From Eukaryota sp. GEM-RC1 (lineage: Eukaryota), in NCBI GenBank assembly GCA_040285855.1, contig JAUFOQ010000018.1, positions 248,001 to 312,000 of the forward strand: a stretch of 64,000 bases of DNA, read 5' to 3'. The first letter of the stretch is position 1; each line of letters begins with the position of its first letter. Positions 1 to 13,800 of this stretch are shown piece after piece. The notes under the pieces were generated by a model. It made no database searches and was not told the DNA's origin. It saw only the letters and a list, made by a program, of their open reading frames with translations. Both the position numbers and the translations under genes were made by a program.

Positions 1-17
1 AAGGAGAGAAGAAGTAA

Positions 18-101
18 TGTTAGCCACAGGTGTTAGTGAAGTGTTACAAGATCATATGATTTTATTTATAAACATCTTTTCCCTACCCTTTGTAGCCAAA
101 C
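18..101 (+). repeat. Putative ultra-short LTR (~84 bp), one per unit
   Basis: Begins TGTTAG three bases after the PPT and contains TATAAA followed by a pyrimidine tract. It ends ...GCCAAAC just before GGTATCA. The layout matches the solo LTRs at 40248 and 52807. The expected terminal AACA lacks its last A, so the right boundary is approximate. Confidence 0.7.
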
Positions 102-108
102 GGTATCA
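102..108 (+). promoter_or_regulatory. Primer-binding-site remnant (GGTATCA)
   Basis: Matches the TGGTATCA start of initiator-Met tRNA PBSs without the first T, and lies directly after the LTR-like segment. Confidence 0.5.
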
Positions 109-825
109 ATAAATATAGTCCAAGATGGTGAAGAAAAGGACTACTAACCCCCAAAAGCGGGAAACAAAACTAATCGAAGAAACAAACCTTTGACAAGATC
201 TAAGTCTAGCTCCAAAATGTCTTCCCGTCGAAAGGAGCCATTGGTTCCTGAGACAGAAGAGTCAGTTGACTCGTCGGACTTTGAAAGTGACCCATCTGAG
301 GATGGATGCCTATCTGAGGATAGAAGCCCCACTTCCCACAAGTAGGTGACGGAAATCTCACCTGAGGTTGGTGAATCTACTTCTCGTAGAGTTGTAGATG
401 TTCAACCTGAAGGTGGATGCCCATCTGAGGATGGAAGGACTTCGTCTTCCCGCAAGGATGGCGAAGTGGGTTTGGATACTCATTTCTGTAATTTCAGACC
501 GTATCCCAAGCTTGTTAGAGAAGTATAGAGTAAGCGATGCTGACAGTAGCAGTACTCCGCATTCTGAGAGTCATGATGTTGTTGTAACAGCGTCTCCTCT
601 CCCCATTCTTCCTCGTAGAAATAGTTTTAATAAAGAAAGCATTCCCGATGTTGTTCCAGTTCCTCAAAAGAGGTCAACTGAAGTGGTTGAAGAGATTCGC
701 AAGTTACAGGAATCTTTCGCCAAACAGCAGTCTAGAAAACTCGAAGCAGAACAGAAGCTTTTATTTGAAAAGGAACTTCTAGCTCGTAAGATGAGTCTCT
801 CTCCAGAAGATCGAGGCAACAAAGT

Positions 826-1858
826 CGTCTTGTGTGGGATGTGATTGCTATCTTTGGAATACCGTTTTGTATCCATAGTGATAATGGTACGGAGTTTGCC
901 AATGCTATTTTCGAGGCAATATGTAACCTACTGGCGATTGAAGTAAGTCGTTCGATTCCTCATTTCTCCCAGAGTAATGGACTGGTGGAACGACGTCACA
1001 GAGACGTTCTGCAAAGCCTACGTCGTCTTCTTGTGGACTTCAATGATTATGACAATTGGTCAACGTACATTCCAACTGTACAGTTGCAGATCAACGCAAC
1101 AAAGAGTTCAATAACTGGACATACTCCTTACGAACTGATGTTTGGTTGTGACATAAGTCCTGGTGCAGATCCTAGTAGTTTACTAGATGCTGTTGAGAAA
1201 TCAACAAAGAATGTTCCGTTTATTGACGACATTAAAACGAAACTAGAACGTTTAACGAAACAAAGAGAAGAGGCAGAGGATCGTCAATCAGTACTCAAGC
1301 CTAAGAAGAAGTCTAACACTAGTCAATCATTTAAGATTGGAGATCTTGTGTTAAAGGTCGTCAAAACTAGTAAGCTCCATGGAAACTACACTGGACCTTT
1401 TCTAGTTGTCTCAGTTGATTCAAAATCTTTGTTTCATTAAAAATCTGATCACTATATATGTTAGTAAGACTAGCATTCATCAATGTAAGATCTTTCAATC
1501 AGATCTACCTGCTGATCATGATCTCCACAGAGCAATTGCTTCTGGGAATTCTGAAGAACACATCGTGGTTAAGATGCTAGATAGGTTTGATACACCCGAT
1601 GGTGAACTCTGCACTGTACTTTGGTTTGGTGGTGATACTACATCAGTTCCCATCAAGGACATCAAGAACACCAAAGCGTATAGTGACTTTGTAAAATTAG
1701 ACAATTTAGATTTATTTCGTAACAATAGAAACAGGTCTAGTAATAACAATACTAAGCATAAACCCACCTCCAGAAGTAAGAGTACTCCAAAGACGTCTTC
1801 CAAAGTTAAGACACCTGTAGCAAAGAGAACTAGGAGCTCGAAAGGAGAGAAGAAGTAA
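826..1858 (+). pseudogene. 5'-truncated retrotransposon integrase with GPY/F motif, chromodomain and basic tail (every unit)
   Basis: Motifs: FGIPFCIHSDNGTEF (second catalytic D), SNGLVERRHR (catalytic E), TGHTPYELMFG, YTGPF, and the chromo-like EEHIVVKMLDR..VLWFGG..TSVP. The HHCC domain and first catalytic D are absent. There is a frameshift near 1430 in all copies. Confidence 0.92.
1840..1855 (+). promoter_or_regulatory. Polypurine tract (GAAAGGAGAGAAGAAG), present in every unit
   Basis: 16 consecutive purines followed by TAA and then the TG of the next LTR. It overlaps the last integrase codons (KGEKK*). Confidence 0.8.
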
Positions 1859-4800
1859 TGTTAGCCACAGGTGTTAGTGAAGTGTTACAAGATCATATGA
1901 TTTTATTTATAAACATCTTTTCCCTACCCTTTGTAGCCAAACGGTATCAATAAATATAGTCCAAGATGGTGAAGAAAGGACTACTAACCCCCCAAAAGCG
2001 GGAAACAAAACTAATCGAAGAAACAACCCTTTGACAAGATCTAAGTCTAGCTCCAAAATGTCTTCCCGTCGAAAGGAGCCATTGGTTCCTGAGACAGAAG
2101 AGTCAGTTGACTCGTCGGACTTTGAAAGTGACCCATCTGAGGATGGATGCCTGTCTGAGGACGGATGCCTATCTGAGGATAGAAGCCCCACTTCCCACAA
2201 GTAGGTGACGGAAATCTCACCTGAGGTTGGTGAATCTACTTCTCGTAGAGTTGTAGATGTTCAACCTGAAGGTGGATGCCCATCTGAGGATGGAAGGACT
2301 TCGTCTTCCCGCAAGGATGGCGAAGTGGGTTTGGATACTCATTTCTGTAATTTCAGACCGTATCTCAAGCTTGTTAGAGAAGTATAGAGTAAGCAATGCT
2401 GACAGTAGCAGTACTCCGCGTTCCGAAAGTCATGATGTTGTTGTAACAGCGTCTCCTCTCCCTATTCTTCCTCGTAGAAATAGTTTTAATAAAGAAAGCA
2501 TTCCTGATGTTGTTCCAGTTCCTCAAAAGAGGGCAACTGAAGTGGTTGAAGAGATTCGCAAGTTACAGGAATCTCTCGCCAAAGAGCAGTCTAGAAGACT
2601 CGAAGCAGAACAGAAGCTTTTATTTGAAAAGGAACTTCTAGCTCGTAAGATGAGTCTCTCTCCAGAAGATCGAGGCAACAAAGTCGTCTTGTGTGGGATG
2701 TGATTGCTATCTTTGGAATACCGTTTTGTATCCATAGTGATAATGGTACGGAGTTTGCCAATGCTATTTTCGAGGCAATATGTAACCTACTGGCGATTGA
2801 AGTAAGTCGTTCGATTCCTCATCTCTCCCAGAGTAATGGACTGGGTGGAACGACGTCACAGAGACGTTCTGCAAAGCCTACGTCGTCTTCTTGTGGACTT
2901 CAATGATTATGACAATTGGTCAACGTACATTCCAACTGTACAGTTGCAGATCAACGCAACAAAGAGTTCAATAACTGGACATACTCCTTACGAACTGATG
3001 TTTGGTTGTGACATAAGTCCTGGTGCAGATCCTAGTAGTTTACTAGATGCTGTTGAGAAATCAACAAAGAATGTTCCGTTTATTGACGACATTAAAACGA
3101 AACTAGAACGTTTAACGAAACAAAGAGAAGAGGCAGAGGATCGTCAATCAGTACTCAAGCCTAAGAAGAAGTCTAACACTAGTCAATCATTTAAGATTGG
3201 AGATCTTGTGTTAAAGGTCGTCAAAACTAGTAAGCTCCATGGAAACTACACTGGACCTTTTCTAGTTGTCTCAGTTGATTCAAAATCTTTGTTTCATTAA
3301 AAATCTGATCACTATATATGTTAGTAAGACTAGCATTCATCAATGTAAGATCTTTCAATCAGATCTACCTGCTGATCATGATCTCCACAGAGCAATTGCT
3401 TCTGGGAATTCTGAAGAACACATCGTGGTTAAGATGCTAGATAGGTTTGATACACCCGATGGTGAACTCTGCACTGTACTTTGGTTTGGTGGTGATACTA
3501 CATCAGTTCCCATCAAGGACATCAAGAACACCAAAGCGTATAGTGACTTTGTAAAATTAGACAATTTAGATTTATTTCGTAACAATAGAAACAGGTCTAG
3601 TAATAACAATACTAAGCATAAACCCACCTCCAGAAGTAAGAGTACTCCAAAGACGTCTTCCAAAGTTAAGGCACCTGTAGCAAAGAGAACTAGGAGCTCG
3701 AAAGGAGAGAAGAAGTAATGTTAGCCACAGGTGTTAGTGAAGTGTTACAAGATCATATGATTTTATTTATAAACATCTTTTCCCTACCCTTTGTAGCCAA
3801 ACGGTATCAATAAATATAGTCCAAGATGGTGAAGAAAGGACTACTAACCCCCAAAAGCGGGAAACAAAACTAATCGAAGAAACAAACCTTTGACAAGATC
3901 TAAGTCTAGCTCCAAAATGTCTTCCCGTCGAAAGGAGCCATTGGTTCCTGAGACAGAAGAGTCAGTTGACTCGTCGGACTTTGAAAGTGACCCATCTGAG
4001 GATGGATGCCTGTCTGAGGACGGATGCCTATCTGAGGATAGAAGCCCCACTTCCCACAAGTAGGTGACGGAAATCTCACCTGAGGTTGGTGAATCTACTT
4101 CTCGTAGAGTTGTAGATGTTCAACCTGAAGGTGGATGCCCATCTGAGGATGGAAGGACTTCGTCTTCCCGCAAGGATGGCGAAGTGGGTTTGGATACTCA
4201 TTTCTGTAATTTCAGACCGTATCCCAAGCTTGTTAGAGAAGTATAGAGTAAGCGATGCTGACAGTAGCAGTACTCCGCATTCCGAGAGTCATGATGTTGT
4301 TGTAACAGCGTCTCCTCTCCCATTCTTCCTCGTAGAAATAGTTTTAATAAAGAAAGCATTCCCGATGTTGTTCCAGTTCCTCAAAAGAGGTCAACTGAAG
4401 TGGTTGAAGAGATTCGCAAGTTACAGGAATCTTTCGCCAAACAGCAGTCTAGAAGACTCGAAGCAGAACAGAAGCTTTTATTTGAAAAGGAACTTCTAGC
4501 TCGTAAGATGAGTCTCTCTCCAGAAGATCGAGGCAACAAAGTCGTCTTGTGTGGGATGTGATTGCTATCTTTGGAATACCGTTTTGTATCCATAGTGATA
4601 ATGGTACGGAGTTTGCCAATGCTATTTTCGAGGCAATATGTAACCTACTGGCGATTGAAGTAAGTCGTTCGATTCCTCATTTCTCCCAGAGTAATGGACT
4701 GGTGGAACGACGTCACAGAGACGTTCTGCAAAGCCTACGTCGTCTTCTTGTGGACTTCAATGATTATGACAATTGGTCAACGTACATTCCAACTGTACAG

Positions 4801-7800
4801 TTGCAGATCAACGCAACAAAGAGTTCAATAACTGGACATACTCCTTACGAACTGATGTTTGGTTGTGACATAAGTCCTGGTGCAGATCCTAGTAGTTTAC
4901 TAGATGCTGTTGAGAAATCAACAAAGAATGTTCCGTTTATTGACGACATTAAAACGAAACTAGAACGTTTAACGAAACAAAGAGAAGAGGCAGAGGATCG
5001 TCAATCAGTACTCAAGCCTAAGAAGAAGTCTAACACTAGTCAATCATTTAAGATTGGAGATCTTGTGTTAAAGGTCGTCAAAACTAGTAAGCTCCATGGA
5101 AACTACACTGGACCTTTTCTAGTTGTCTCAGTTGATTCAAAATCTTTGTTTCATTAAAAATCTGATCACTATATATGTTAGTAAGACTAGCATTCATCAA
5201 TGTAAGATCTTTCAATCAGATCTACCTGCTGATCATGATCTCCACAGAGCAATTGCTTCTGGGAATTCTGAAGAACACATCGTGGTTAAGATGCTAGATA
5301 GGTTTGATACACCCGATGGTGAACTCTGCACTGTACTTTGGTTTGGTGGTGATACTACATCAGTTCCCATCAAGGACATCAAGAACACCAAAGCGTATAG
5401 TGACTTTGTAAAATTAGACAATTTAGATTTATTTCGTAACAATAGAAACAGGTCTAGTAATAACAATACTAAGCATAAACCCACCTCCAGAAGTAAGAGT
5501 ACTCCAAAGACGTCTTCCAAAGTTAAGGCACCTGTAGCAAAGAGAACTAGGAGCTCGAAAGGAGAGAAGAAGTAATGTTAGCCACAGGTGTTAGTGAAGT
5601 GTTACAAGATCATATGATTTTATTTATAAACATCTTTTCCCTACCCTTTGTAGCCAAACGGTATCAATAAATATAGTCCAAGATGGTGAAGAAAAGGACT
5701 ACTAACCCCCAAAGCGGGAAACAAAACTAATCGAAGAAACAAACCTTTGACAAGATCTAAGTCTAGCTCCAAAATGTCTTCCCGTCGAAAGGAGCCATTG
5801 GTTCCTGAGACAGAAGAGTCAGTTGACTCGTCGGACTTTGAAAGTGACCCATCTGAGGATGGATGCCTATCTGAGGATAGAAGCCCCACTTCCCACAAGT
5901 AGGTGACGGAAATCTCACCTGAGGTTGGTGAATCTACTTCTCGTAGAGTTGTAGATGTTCAACCTGAAGGTGGATGCCCATCTGAGGATGGAAGGACTTC
6001 GTCTTCCCGCAAGGATGGCGAAGTGGGTTTGGATACTCATTTCTGTAATTTCAGACCGTATCCCAAGCTTGTTAGAGAAGTATAGAGTAAGCGATGCTGA
6101 CAGTAGCAGTACTCCGCATTCTGAGAGTCATGATGTTGTTGTAACAGCGTCTCCTCTCCCCATTCTTCCTCGTAGAAATAGTTTTAATAAAGAAAGCATT
6201 CCCGATGTTGTTCCAGTTCCTCAAAAGAGGTCAACTGAAGTGGTTGAAGAGATTCGCAAGTTACAGGAATCTTTCGCCAAACAGCAGTCTAGAAAACTCG
6301 AAGCAGAACAGAAGCTTTTATTTGAAAAGGAACTTCTAGCTCGTAAGATGAGTCTCTCTCCAGAAGATCGAGGCAACAAAGTCGTCTTGTGTGGGATGTG
6401 ATTGCTATCTTTGGAATACCGTTTTGTATCCATAGTGATAATGGTACGGAGTTTGCCAATGCTTTTTTCGAGGCAATATGTAACCTACTGGCGATTGAAG
6501 TAAGTCGTTCGATTCCTCATTTCTCCCAGAGTAATGGACTGGTGGAACGACGTCACAGAGACGTTCTGCAAAGCCTACGTCGTCTTCTTGTGGACTTCAA
6601 TGATTATGACAATTGGTCAACGTACATTCCAACTGTACAGTTGCAGATCAACGCAACAAAGAGTTCAATAACTGGACATACTCCTTACGAACTGATGTTT
6701 GGTTGTGACATAAGTCCTGGTGCAGATCCTAGTAGTTTACTAGATGCTGTTGAGAAATCAACAAAGAATGTTCCGTTTATTGACGACATTAAAACGAAAC
6801 TAGAACGTTTAACGAAACAAAGAGAAGAGGCAGAGGATCGTCAATCAGTACTCAAGCCTAAGAAGAAGTCTAACACTAGTCAATCATTTAAGATTGGAGA
6901 TCTTGTGTTAAAGGTCGTCAAAACTAGTAAGCTCCATGGAAACTACACTGGACCTTTTCTAGTTGTCTCAGTTGATTCAAAATCTTTGTTTCATTAAAAA
7001 TCTGATCACTATATATGTTAGTAAGACTAGCATTCATCAATGTAAGATCTTTCAATCAGATCTACCTGCTGATCATGATCTTCACAGAGCAATTGCTTCT
7101 GGGAATTCTGAAGAACACATCGTGGTTAAGATGCTAGATAGGTTTGATACACCCGATGGTGAACTCTGCACTGTACTTTGGTTTGGTGGTGATACTACAT
7201 CAGTTCCCATCAAGGACATCAAGAACACCAAAGCGTATAGTGACTTTGTAAAATTAGACAATTTAGATTTATTTCGTAACAATAGAAACAGGTCTAGTAA
7301 TAACAATACTAAGCATAAACCCACCTCCAGAAGTAAGAGTACTCCAAAGACGTCTTCCAAAGTTAAGGCACCTGTAGCAAAGAGAACTAGGAGCTCGAAA
7401 GGAGAGAAGAAGTAATGTTAGCCACAGGTGTTAGTGAAGTGTTACAAGATCATATGATTTTATTTATAAACATCTTTTCCCTACCCTTTGTAGCCAAACG
7501 GTATCAATAAATATAGTCCAAGATGGTGAAGAAAAGGACTACTAACCCCCAAAAGCGGGAAACAAAACTAATCGAAGAAACAAACCTTTGACAAGATCTA
7601 AGTCTAGCTCCAAAATGTCTTCCCGTCGAAAGGAGCCATTGGTTCCTGAGACAGAAGAGTCAGTTGACTCGTCGGACTTTGAAAGTGACCCATCTGAGGA
7701 TGGATGCCTGTCTGAGGACGGATGCCTATATGAGGATAGAAGCCCCACTTCCCACAAGTAGGTGACGGAAATCTCACCTGAGGTTGGTGAATCTACTTCT

Positions 7801-10800
7801 CGTAGAGTTGTAGATGTTCAACCTGAAGGTGGATACCCATCTGAGGATGGAAGGACTTCGTCTTCCCGCAAGGATGGCGAAGTGGGTTTGGATACTCATT
7901 TCTGTAATTTCAGACCGTATCCCAAGCTTGTTAGAGAAGTATAGAGTAAGCGATGCTGACAGTAGCAGTACTCCGCATTCCGAGAGTCATGATGTTGTTG
8001 TAACAGCGTCTCCTCTCCCCATTCTTCCTCGTAGAAATAGTTTTAATAAAGAAAGCATTCCCGATGTTGTTCCAGTTCCTCAAAGAGGTCAACTGAAGTG
8101 GTTGAAGAGATTCGCAAGTTACAGGAATCTTTCGCCAAACAGCAGTCTAGAAGACTCGAAGCAGAACAGAAGCTTTTATTTGAAAAGGAACTTCTAGCTC
8201 GTAAGATGAGTCTCTCTCCAGAAGATCGAGGCAACAAAGTCGTCTTGTGTGGGATGTGATTGCTATCTTTGGAATACCGTTTTGTATCCATAGTGATAAT
8301 GGTACGGAGTTTGCCAATGCTATTTTCGAGGCAATATGTAACCTACTGGCGATTGAAGTAAGTCGTTCGATTCCTCATTTCTCCCAGAGTAATGGACTGG
8401 TGGAACGACGTCACAGAGACGTTCTGCAAAGCCTACGTCGTCTTCTTGTGGACTTCAATGATTATGACAATTGGTCAACGTACATTCCAACTGTACAGTT
8501 GCAGATCAACGCAACAAAGAGTTCAATAACTGGACATACTCCTTACGAACTGATGTTTGGTTGTGACATAAGTCCTGGTGCAGATCCTAGTAGTTTACTA
8601 GATGCTGTTGAGAAATCAACAAAGAATGTTCAGTTTATTGACGACATTAAAACGAAACTAGAACGTTTAACGAAACAAAGAGAAGAGGCAGAGGATCGTC
8701 AATCAGTACTCAAGCCTAAGAAGAAGTCTAACACTAGTCAATCATTTAAGATTGGAGATCTTGTGTTAAAGGTCGTCAAAACTAGTAAGCTCCATGGAAA
8801 CTACACTGGACCTTTTCTAGTTGCCTCAGTTGATTCAAAATCTTTGTTTCATTAAAAATCTGATCACTATATATGTTAGTAAGACTAGCATTCATCAATG
8901 TAAGATCTTTCAATCAGATCTACCTGTTGATCATGATCTCCACAGAGCAATTGCTTCTGGGAATTCTGAAGAACACATCGTGGTTAAGATGCTAGATAGG
9001 TTTGATACACCCGATGGTGAACTCTGGACAGTACTTTGGTTTGGCGGTGATACTACATCAGTTCCCATCAAGGACATCAAGAACACCAAAGCGTATAGTG
9101 ACTTTGTAAAATTAGACAATTTAGATTTATTTCGTAACAATAGAAACAGGTCTAGTAATAACAATACTAAGCATAAACCCACCTCCAGAAGTAAGAGTAC
9201 TCCAAAGACGTCTTCCAAAGTTAAGGCACCTGTAGCAAAGAGAACTAGGAGCTCGAAAGGAGAGAAGAAGTAATGTTAGCCACAGGTGTTAGTGAAGTGT
9301 TACAAGATCATATGATTTTATTTATAAACATCTTTTCCCTACCCTTTGTAGCCAAACGGTATCAATAATTATTGTCCAAGATGGTGAAGAAAAGGACTAC
9401 TAACCCCCAAAGCGGGAAACAAAACTAATCGAAGAAACAAACCTTTGACAAGATCTAAGTCTAGCTCCAAAATGTCTTCCCGTCGAAAGGAGCCATTGGT
9501 TCCTGAGACAGAAGAGTCAGTTGACTCGTCGGACTTTGAAAGTGACCCATCTGAGGATGGATGCCTGTCTGAGGACGGATGCCTATCTGAGGATAGAAGC
9601 CCCACTTCCCACAAGTAGGTGACGGAAATCTCACCTGAGGTTGGTGAATCTACTTCTCGTAGAGTTGTAGATGTTCAACCTGAAGGTGGATGCCCATCTG
9701 AGGATGGAAGGACTTCGTCTTCCCGCAAGGATGGCGAAGTGGGTTTGGATACTCATTTCTGTAATTTCAGACCGTATCCCAAGCTTGTTAGAGAAGTATA
9801 GAGTAAGCGATGCTGACAGTAGCAGTTCTCGGCATTCCGAGAGTCATGATGTTGTTGTAACAGCGTCTCCTCTCCCATTCTTCCTCGTAGAAATAGTTTT
9901 AATAAAGAAAGCATTCCCGATGTTGTTCCAGTTCCTCAAAAGAGGTCAACTGAAGTGGTTGAAGAGATTCGCAAGTTACAGGAATCTTTCGCCAAACAGC
10001 AGTCTAGAAGACTCGAAGCAGAACAGAAGCTTTTATTTGAAAAGGAACTTCTAGCTCGTAAGATGAGTCTCTCTCCAGAAGATCGAGGCAACAAAGTCGT
10101 CTTGTGTGGGATGTGATTGCTATCTTTGGAATACCGTTTTGTATCCATAGTGATAATGGTACGGAGTTTGCCAATGCTATTTTCGAGGCAATATGTAACC
10201 TACTGGCGATTGAAGTAAGTCGTTCGATTCCTCATTTCTCCCAGAGTAATGGACTGGTGGAACGACGTCACAGAGACGTTCTGCAAAGCCTACGTCGTCT
10301 TCTTGTGGACTTCAATGATTATGACAATTGGTCAACGTACATTCCAACTGTACAGTTGCAGATCAACGCAACAAAGAGTTCAATAACTGGACATACTCCT
10401 TACGAACTGATGTTTGGTTGTGACATAGTCCTGGTGCAGATCCTAGTAGTTTACTAGATGCTGTTGAGAAATCAACAAAGAATGTTCCGTTTATTGACGA
10501 CATTAAAACGAAACTAGAACGTTTAACGAAACAAAGAGAAGAGGCAGAGGATCGTCAATCAGTACTCAAGCCTAAGAAGAAGTCTAACACTAGTCAATCA
10601 TTTAAGATTGGAGATCTTGTGTTAAAGGTCGACAAAACTAGTAAGCTCTATGGAAACTACACTGGACCTTTTCTAGTTGTCTCAGTTGATTCAAAATCTT
10701 TGTTTGATTAAAAAATCTGATCACTGGATATGTTAGTAAGACTAGCATTCATCAATGTAAGATCTTACAATCAGATCTACCTGCTGATCATGATCTCCAC

Positions 10801-13800
10801 AGAGCAATTGCTTCTGGGGATTCTGAAGAAACACATCGTGGTTAAGATGCTAGATAGGTTTGATACACCCGATGGTGAATTCTGCACTGTACTTTGGTTT
10901 GGTGGTGATACTACATCAGTTCCCATGAAGGACATCAAGAACACCAAAGCGTATAGTGACTTTGTAAAATTAGACAATTTAGATTTATTTCGTAACAATA
11001 GAAACAGGTCTAGTAATAACAATACTAAGCATAAACCCACCTCCAGAAGTAAGAGTACTCCAAAGACGTCTTCCAAAGTTAAGGCACCTGTAGCAAAGAG
11101 AACTAGGAGCTCGAAAGGAGAGAAGAAGTAATGTTAGCCACAGGTGTTAGTGAAGTGTTACAAGATCATATGATTTTATTTATAAACATCTTTTCCCTAC
11201 CCTTTGTAGCCAAACGGTATCAATAATTATTGTCCAAGATGGTGAAGAAAAGGACTACTAACCCCCAAAAGCGGGAAACAAAACTAATCGAAGAAACAAA
11301 CCTTTGACAAGATCTAAGTCTAGCTCCAAAATGTCTTCCCGTCGAAAGGAGCCATTGGTTCCTGAGACAGAAGAGTCAGTTGACTCGTCGGACTTTGAAA
11401 GTGACCCATCTGAGGATGGATGCCTGTCTGAGGACGGATGCCTATCTGAGGATAGAAGCCCCACTTCCCACAAGTAGGTGACGGAAATCTCACCTGAGGT
11501 TGGTGAATCTACTTCTCGTAGAGTTGTAGATGTTCAACCTGAAGGTGGATGCCCATCTGAGGATGGAAGGACTTCGTCTTCCCGCAAGGATGGCGAAGTG
11601 GGTTTGGATACTCATTTCTGTAATTTCAGACCGTATCCCAAGCTTGTTAGAGAAGTATAGAGTAAGCGATGCTGACAGTAGCAGTTCTCGGCATTCCGAG
11701 AGTCATGATGTTGTTGTAACAGCGTCTCCTCTCCCCATTCTTCCTCGTAGAAATAGTTTTAATAAAGAAAGCATTCCCGATGTTGTTCCAGTTCCTCAAA
11801 AGAGGTCAACTGAAGTGGTTGAAGAGATTCGCAAGTTACAGGAATCTTTCGCCAAACAGCAGTCTAGAATACTCGAAGCAGAACAGAAGCTTTTATTTGA
11901 AAAGGAACTTCTAGCTCGTAAGATGAGTCTCTCTCCAGAAGATCGAGGCAACAAAGTCGTCTTGTGTGGGATGTGATTGCTATCTTTGGAATACCGTTTT
12001 GTATCCATAGTGATAATGGTACGGAGTTTGCCAATGCTATTTTCGAGGCAATATGTAACCTACTGGCGATTGAAGTAAGTCGTTCGATTCCTCATTTCTC
12101 CCAGAGTAATGGACTGGTGGAACGACGTCACAGAGACGTTCTGCAAAGCCTACGTCGTCTTCTTGTGGACTTCAATGATTATGACAATTGGTCAACGTAC
12201 ATTCCAACTGTACAGTTGCAGATCAACGCAACAAAGAGTTCAATAACTGGACATACTCCTTACGAACTGATGTTTGGTTGTGACATAAGTCCTGGTGCAG
12301 ATCCTAGTAGTTTACTAGATGCTGTTGAGAAATCAACAAAGAATGTTCCGTTTATTGACGACATTAAAACGAAACTAGAACGTTTAACGGGAAACAAAGA
12401 GAAGAGGCAGAGGATCGTCAATCAGTACTCAAGCCTAAGAAGAAGTCTAACACTAGTCAATCATTTAAGATTGGAGATCTTGTGTTAAAGGTCGTCAAAA
12501 CTAGTAAGCTCCATGGAAACTACACTGGACCTTTTCTAGTTGTCTCAGTTGATTCAAAATCTTTGTTTCATTAAAAATCTGATCACTATATATGTTAGTA
12601 AGACTAGCATTCATCAATGTAAGATCTTTCAATCAGATCTACCTGTTGATCATGATCTCCACAGAGCAATTGCTTCTGGGAATTCTGAAGAACACATCGT
12701 GGTTAAGATGCTAGATAGGTTTGATACACCCGATGGTGAACTCTGGACAGTACTTTGGTTTGGCGGTGATACTACATCAGTTCCCATCAAGGACATCAAG
12801 AACACCAAAGCGTATAGTGACTTTGTAAAATTAGACAATTTAGATTTATTTCGTAACAATAGAAACAGGTCTAGTAATAACAATACTAAGCATAAACCCA
12901 CCTCCAGAAGTAAGAGTACTCCAAAGACGTCTTCCAAAGTTAAGGCACCTGTAGCAAAGAGAACTAGGAGCTCGAAAGGAGAGAAGAAGTAATGTTAGCC
13001 ACAGGTGTTAGTGAAGTGTTACAAGATCATATGATTTTATTTATAAACATCTTTTCCCTACCCTTTGTAGCCAAACGGTATCAATAATTATTGTCCAAGA
13101 TGGTGAAGAAAAGGACTACTAACCCCCAAAGCGGGAAACAAAACTAATCGAAGAAACAAACCTTTGACAAGATCTAAGTCTAGCTCCAAAATGTCTTCCC
13201 GTCGAAAGGAGCCATTGGTTCCTGAGACAGAAGAGTCAGTTGACTCGTCGGACTTTGAAAGTGACCCATCTGAGGATGGATGCCTGTCTGAGGACGGATG
13301 CCTATCTGAGGATAGAAGCCCCACTTCCCACAAGTAGGTGACGGAAATCTCACCTGAGGTTGGTGAATCTACTTCTCGTAGAGTTGTAGATGTTCAACCT
13401 GAAGGTGGATGCCCATCTGAGGATGGAAGGACTTCGTCTTCCCGCAAGGATGGCGAAGTGGGTTTGGATACTCATTTCTGTAATTTCAGACCGTATCCCA
13501 AGCTTGTTAGAGAAGTATAGAGTAAGCGATGCTGACAGTAGCAGTTCTCGGCATTCCGAGAGTCATGATGTTGTTGTAACAGCGTCTCCTCTCCCCATTC
13601 TTCCTCGTAGAAATAGTTTTAATAAAGAAAGCATTCCCGATGTTGTTCCAGTTCCTCAAAAGAGGTCAACTGAAGTGGTTGAAGAGATTCGCAAGTTACA
13701 GGAATCTTTCGCCAAACAGCAGTCTAGAAGACTCGAAGCAGAACAGAAGCTTTTATTTGAAAAGGAACTTCTAGCTCGTAAGATGAGTCTCTCTCCAGAA

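Larger units (their letters stand above)
18..1858 (+). mobile_element. Representative unit: internally deleted Ty3/Gypsy chromovirus-type LTR retrotransposon (one LTR plus deleted internal region)
   Basis: Order is TG-starting LTR-like segment, GGTATCA PBS remnant, gag-like 5' ORF, integrase core and C-terminus, then a purine tract immediately before the next TG. No protease, RT or RNase H motifs are present. Confidence 0.9.

Noticed and set aside
140..160. Unit-to-unit frame differences in C, A and T runs as phase variation
   Set aside because: These are single-base homopolymer length changes, the typical long-read error in unpolished repeats, and cannot be interpreted without reads.
342..366. 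GTAGGT donor removing the in-frame TAG
   Set aside because: Splicing to the nearest AG (GAG at 364-366) shifts the frame into a stop within a few codons, and that AG is absent in several units.
815..845. Programmed gag-pol frameshift at the ORF overlap
   Set aside because: The downstream frame starts in the middle of the integrase core, so this is a deletion junction. No slippery heptamer is evident.
144..1803. Recurrent minus-strand ORFs (MWEVGLL, MDTKRYS, MEDVFGV)
   Set aside because: They are antisense shadows of the plus-strand retroelement frames with no recognisable motifs, and they recur only because the unit repeats.
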